The notes below the pieces were generated by a model. It saw only the letters and a list, made by a program, of their open reading frames with translations. It did no database searches and had not been told where the DNA came from. DNA of 58,043 bases, taken from Candidatus Woesearchaeota archaeon (GTDB lineage Archaea > Nanobdellota > Nanobdellia > Woesearchaeales > JACPBO01). The DNA is taken from assembly GCA_016180285.1 (NCBI GenBank), contig JACPBO010000011.1, positions 1 to 58,043 of the forward strand, given 5' to 3'. Positions 54,996-58,043 of the stretch are shown here, piece after piece. Positions within the stretch are counted from its first letter, which is position 1. Each line of letters begins with the position of its first letter. The translations under genes and the position numbers were made by a program.

Positions 54996-55529
54996 TCACT
55001 TGAATTCAGGCAATAACTTTTTCATCTCAATGACAAATTCTTTTGCGCGTTCAAGTGAAGTCTTTGCTTTTGCTTCCTTTGCGCTTTCATTTGTCCTGTA
55101 CTGGAATATGCTTCTCTTTTCCCTCTCATAATCAAAGGACTGTATAATCTCATCAACTTTTATTCCTGCAAGAGCCTCCTTTTGCATTTCTTCATACTCT
55201 TCCAGTAATGATGCTTTGAGCTTATCCCTGACAAGGGCAATAAGGCTGTCAGCAGTAACTTTATGCGAAATTTTCTCTCCGACCTTATAGCCCAGTTTAT
55301 ATAAAACTGCATTTGCAATATAATACATGGCATAATATGACGTTACTATAGCCCAAAGCCACGAATATTTTTCTTTATACAGGATTTCAGCAACATTAAG
55401 GCTCTCATTGGCGTTATTCTCCAGTATATTAAACACCTGCTTATCAAAACCCGCCTTCGATAAAAGCCCATCTGAAAGATACATCTTGACATTATCCCTT
55501 GCTTCCTTTATTCTTTCATCTGTTAGCAT
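54996..55529 (-). CDS. HEPN-domain protein (partner of the NTase 55516..56088)
   Basis: 177 aa, all-helical. Its start overlaps the NTase stop by 14 nt. Paralog of 22520..22954. Confidence 0.65.
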   Translation of the reverse strand: MLTDERIKEARDNVKMYLSDGLLSKAGFDKQVFNILENNANESLNVAEILYKEKYSWLWAIVTSYYAMYYIANAVLYKLGYKVGEKISHKVTADSLIALVRDKLKASLLEEYEEMQKEALAGIKVDEIIQSFDYEREKRSIFQYRTNESAKEAKAKTSLERAKEFVIEMKKLLPEFK

Positions 55530-56088
55530 TCTCCATCACCCGATAATATTCTTCTACACCAATAAAGATTATATTTCTTTTTATTGCCTCGCTTACAACT
55601 GTAAATTCCCTGCTTTTCAGCATCTCAATAAAATCCCTGTATCTTATATCAGTTGCGTGAATCTTTAAAGGAAAACGCGATAATACCTGCTCTATTGGCT
55701 TAAAGTCTTCTGTGATTACAAGCATGTCTATATCAGAATGCTTTGCCTGTTTGCCTTTAGCATAACTCCCAAACAAAAGTGCGATAAATGGCGCGTTTAC
55801 CCTGCACAAGTCATTGTAAATTACTAAAAAATTCTTGTCTCTTAAAAGCTCTTTTCTTCTTTCATATTCAACAATAAAAACAGAATCATTGAAAATTCTG
55901 TTAAAAGAACAAAGTGTAGTGTTTCCAGTATGCTTAAGTGCAGCTATGCCTTCCTTTTCCAGCTTTTTCAATGCGTAATATGCGGATTTATAGTTTATCT
56001 TTCTCAACCTGGAGATTTTCCTTATACTGAAGGATTCTTCCTGGTTTTCAATAAGTAATTTAAGTATATTCAGTTTTTCATTATCCAT
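55516..56088 (-). CDS. wHTH-fused nucleotidyltransferase (MNT-like)
   Basis: N-terminal wHTH-like IRKISRLRKINYKSAYYALKKLEKEGI and NTase motif ALLFGSYAKGKQAKHSDIDMLVIT. BRE/TATA CGAAAGATTTATATA (minus sense) at 56121..56135. Confidence 0.8.
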   Translation of the reverse strand: MDNEKLNILKLLIENQEESFSIRKISRLRKINYKSAYYALKKLEKEGIAALKHTGNTTLCSFNRIFNDSVFIVEYERRKELLRDKNFLVIYNDLCRVNAPFIALLFGSYAKGKQAKHSDIDMLVITEDFKPIEQVLSRFPLKIHATDIRYRDFIEMLKSREFTVVSEAIKRNIIFIGVEEYYRVMENANR

Positions 56089-56149
56089 CTTAGGTAATAG
56101 TATTATGGTTTTAAACCATATATATAAATCTTTCGCTTAAAAATTAATT

Positions 56150-56881
56150 TCAGCCTCCATATCCTGATTTAGCAATCTTCCACAGCAATTTAAAGAAGTT
56201 TATATTGCTCTTAACTGCTTCTTCGCTTTTTATCACAAAGCCAAATGGCTCTTCAAGCCAGACAATTGTAACAACTTTCTCTCCGTAAATCATGATTGTT
56301 GAAGGAAAATCATAAGTTTCAGGCAGGAATTTCATTTCAAGAAGCTTGAGATGCTCTTTTTTCTTTATCTCCCTTACTTTCTCATTATAAATCATCTTGA
56401 CTTTGATTCCTATTTTTGCCCTTTCGTCATTCCAGTGCTTTTGGTAAAATGGGAACATGTCCTTAAACCTGCTTTCTGCGCCATAAGCAAGCAGCTCTTT
56501 TTTTTCATCAAGAATATCCTCGAAAATAGATTTTATTCCTTTTTTGCCTCTGAAAACAGAAGCATCTCCCTGCTTCTGGCTTTTGCTATACCTTGCCTTT
56601 AATTCCTCTATTGTTTTTCCCAGTTTCTCCTGCTTATCTTTTAGAATTTCCTGAAGCCGTTGAGGATTTACTGCTTCAAAGACTCTTTTATTATTCTCTG
56701 AAACATAAGAAACAAGCCCTTTCTCAATTAATCTTTCTAAAGCATCATAAACATTAGTCCTGTTTACAGCAGATCTTTTAGTTATCTCTCCTGCCTTGCT
56801 CTTTCCAAGCTCAATCAAAGCTAAATATACTTTTGCTTCTGTGTTCGACAATCCAAATTCCTGCAGCTCTTCTGTATTCAT
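56150..56881 (-). CDS. TrmB-family transcriptional regulator
   Basis: FGLSNTEAKVYLALIELGKSKAGEITKRSAVNRTNVYDALERLIEKGLV is the TrmB wHTH signature. ~240 aa with a C-terminal effector-like domain. Confidence 0.85.
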   Translation of the reverse strand: MNTEELQEFGLSNTEAKVYLALIELGKSKAGEITKRSAVNRTNVYDALERLIEKGLVSYVSENNKRVFEAVNPQRLQEILKDKQEKLGKTIEELKARYSKSQKQGDASVFRGKKGIKSIFEDILDEKKELLAYGAESRFKDMFPFYQKHWNDERAKIGIKVKMIYNEKVREIKKKEHLKLLEMKFLPETYDFPSTIMIYGEKVVTIVWLEEPFGFVIKSEEAVKSNINFFKLLWKIAKSGYGG

Positions 56882-57019
56882 GAATAACAGAGAGTTTCGC
56901 TTATATTTAAATATTGCTATTTTGTTGCCATTGAGATTACAACAAAAATTTATAAAGTTAGCATATTTATCGTTATTAATAAGTGGTTAAACAAGACTGA
57001 TTCAAGGAGATAAAGAAAA

Positions 57020-57379
57020 ATGATAAAAATAAGAAACAAAATTGCTTGTCTTGAAGCAAAATTAGAGAAAGAAGAAAATGATGCAGACATAGTTAGAACT
57101 TTGTTATCTGCAGTTGGAAAAAAAGTAGACCTTGTGTTTAATAGAAAAACTTCTAAAAAAAGCTACATACAAACCCTCCACGGAAATGTTTGGGATTGCT
57201 CAACTATTTTATCCACTAAGATAATTTTGCAATATGTTCCTAATAGTCGGATCATTGCCTTGAAAGTCGGAAGATCTAAGACTACATATAGATCCTATGT
57301 ATATGAACAAGGATATAGCACTGAAAGAGCTGGTGTCGGAGGTTATTCAAAAAGAATACCCTTTGGAGATATGGCTTGA
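57020..57379 (+). CDS. hypothetical protein (in-frame TGA followed by 27 further sense codons to 57463)
   Basis: 119-aa ORF. The same frame continues after the TGA at 57377..57379 as LFGYLRKNHVKPSEVIARLKGYRGKSK, then a stop. Confidence 0.4.
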   Translation: MIKIRNKIACLEAKLEKEENDADIVRTLLSAVGKKVDLVFNRKTSKKSYIQTLHGNVWDCSTILSTKIILQYVPNSRIIALKVGRSKTTYRSYVYEQGYSTERAGVGGYSKRIPFGDMA

Positions 57380-57459
57380 TTGTTTGGTTATCTTAGAAAA
57401 AATCATGTAAAACCATCAGAAGTAATCGCTAGACTGAAAGGTTATAGAGGAAAATCAAA

Positions 57460-57897
57460 ATGACAAAAACACGAGAACAAATTATTAAGTTAGCCGAAAC
57501 ACAAATGAGAAAAAATGCTCCACAATATACATTCAAAGATAAAACAGCATTTCTCTATGCAGGTCAAGTTGAAGGCGATGGGAGATATATTGTTGGATTG
57601 CTGGAAACAGACCCTAAGGAAGGTTACCATTATTGTACTGCTCACGTAACTTCTGATGATAATTCTTTAGGTGTTATTGGCATAGGGTTAGACTTATTGG
57701 GATTACCAGGTTGCTCATTTGAACTTTGGAGTTATATTAATAAATTTAAGCCTTTAGATGATATTAGAATAGTGCCTGTAACTAGTGAACTAGAATCTGT
57801 TCTTGAAACATGCATAGAAAAACAATCAAGAATCAATGCCTATGAGAGAGGAATCTCTTATCTTAATGAACAAGTTAGAGGAGGAAAATCAAAATGA
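57460..57897 (+). CDS. hypothetical protein
   Basis: 145-aa ORF. The ATG is preceded by AGAGGAAAATCAAA. It ends ..RGGKSK with an ATGA overlap to the next ORF. Confidence 0.45.
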   Translation: MTKTREQIIKLAETQMRKNAPQYTFKDKTAFLYAGQVEGDGRYIVGLLETDPKEGYHYCTAHVTSDDNSLGVIGIGLDLLGLPGCSFELWSYINKFKPLDDIRIVPVTSELESVLETCIEKQSRINAYERGISYLNEQVRGGKSK

Positions 57898-58043
57898 CAA
57901 ATACAAAATATAATCAACAGATTGATGCTCTGAAAAGAGAAATCAGAATTATAACAAAAGCCCGGAAAGATGAAACAAGAGCAAGCAGAAGCAAGAAATT
58001 TAGCCATGCTTTAGAAAGATTGCGGGAAATAGGGCTGGAGGTT
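57894..58043 (+). CDS. hypothetical protein, partial (runs off the right window edge)
   Basis: ATG at 57894 (MTNTKYNQQIDALKREIRIITKARKD...), open to the window end. Preceded by GAGGAGGAAAATCAAA. Confidence 0.35.
   Translation, partial: MTNTKYNQQIDALKREIRIITKARKDETRASRSKKFSHALERLREIGLEV

Noticed and set aside
1-58043. CRISPR arrays, rRNA genes, and transposase or integrase genes
   Set aside because: I saw no regularly spaced direct repeats, no rRNA-like GC-rich conserved blocks, and no ORF with DDE, tyrosine-recombinase or TnpB-like motifs. The only protein-coding mobile element I can support is the EF-2 intein.

Overview
AT-rich archaeal chromosomal segment. Evidence for archaeal origin: thermosome, aEF-2, split rpoA1/rpoA2 and rpoB2/rpoB1, rpoH and rpoF, r-proteins L7Ae/S28e/L24e/L21e/L30e/S7/S12, archaeal-type GluRS and TrpRS, a presenilin homolog and a preflagellin-type peptidase. 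Small genes, strong GGAGG Shine-Dalgarno sites and tRNAs with several introns suggest a small-genome, DPANN-like lineage; this is inference only. Housekeeping blocks: the rpoH-rpoB2-rpoB1-rpoA1-rpoA2-L30e-NusA-S12-S7 operon at 42.1-51.8 kb, L7Ae-S28e-L24e-ndk-EF2 at 26.4-31.0 kb, and L21e-rpoF-DUF655 at 39.4-40.7 kb. Between them are accessory genes: RelE/antitoxin, VapBC, two wHTH-nucleotidyltransferase/HEPN pairs, an AbrB-like gene, a HerA-like ATPase and many orphan ORFs. I found five tRNA genes by hand: Trp, Lys, Asp, Tyr and Pro. I saw no rRNA and no CRISPR array. Main observations: (1) A 154-nt hairpin-rich repeat occurs at 9429..9582 and 22385..22538, with a divergent third relative at 24980..25084. 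The second copy sits inside a HEPN gene, and removing its 144-nt (48-codon) core restores the reading frame. (2) The tRNA-Asp, tRNA-Lys and tRNA-Tyr genes carry five introns, three at non-canonical positions. A 32-nt duplicate of the tRNA-Lys 3' end plus three hairpins lies just upstream of rpoH. (3) aEF-2 carries a 478-aa LAGLIDADG intein inside the P-loop, and its mature protein appears to lack most of domain II. (4) The L7Ae gene is reduced to its C-terminal half. (5) Two genes have frameshifts that one extra A would repair (one pinned to an A6 run, the other most simply at an A run), one gene has an in-frame TGA, and several enzyme homologs have degenerate active sites (HIT HxMxH, UppS-like). 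All calls come from reading the sequence and the ORF track. No database search or RNA-folding program was run.
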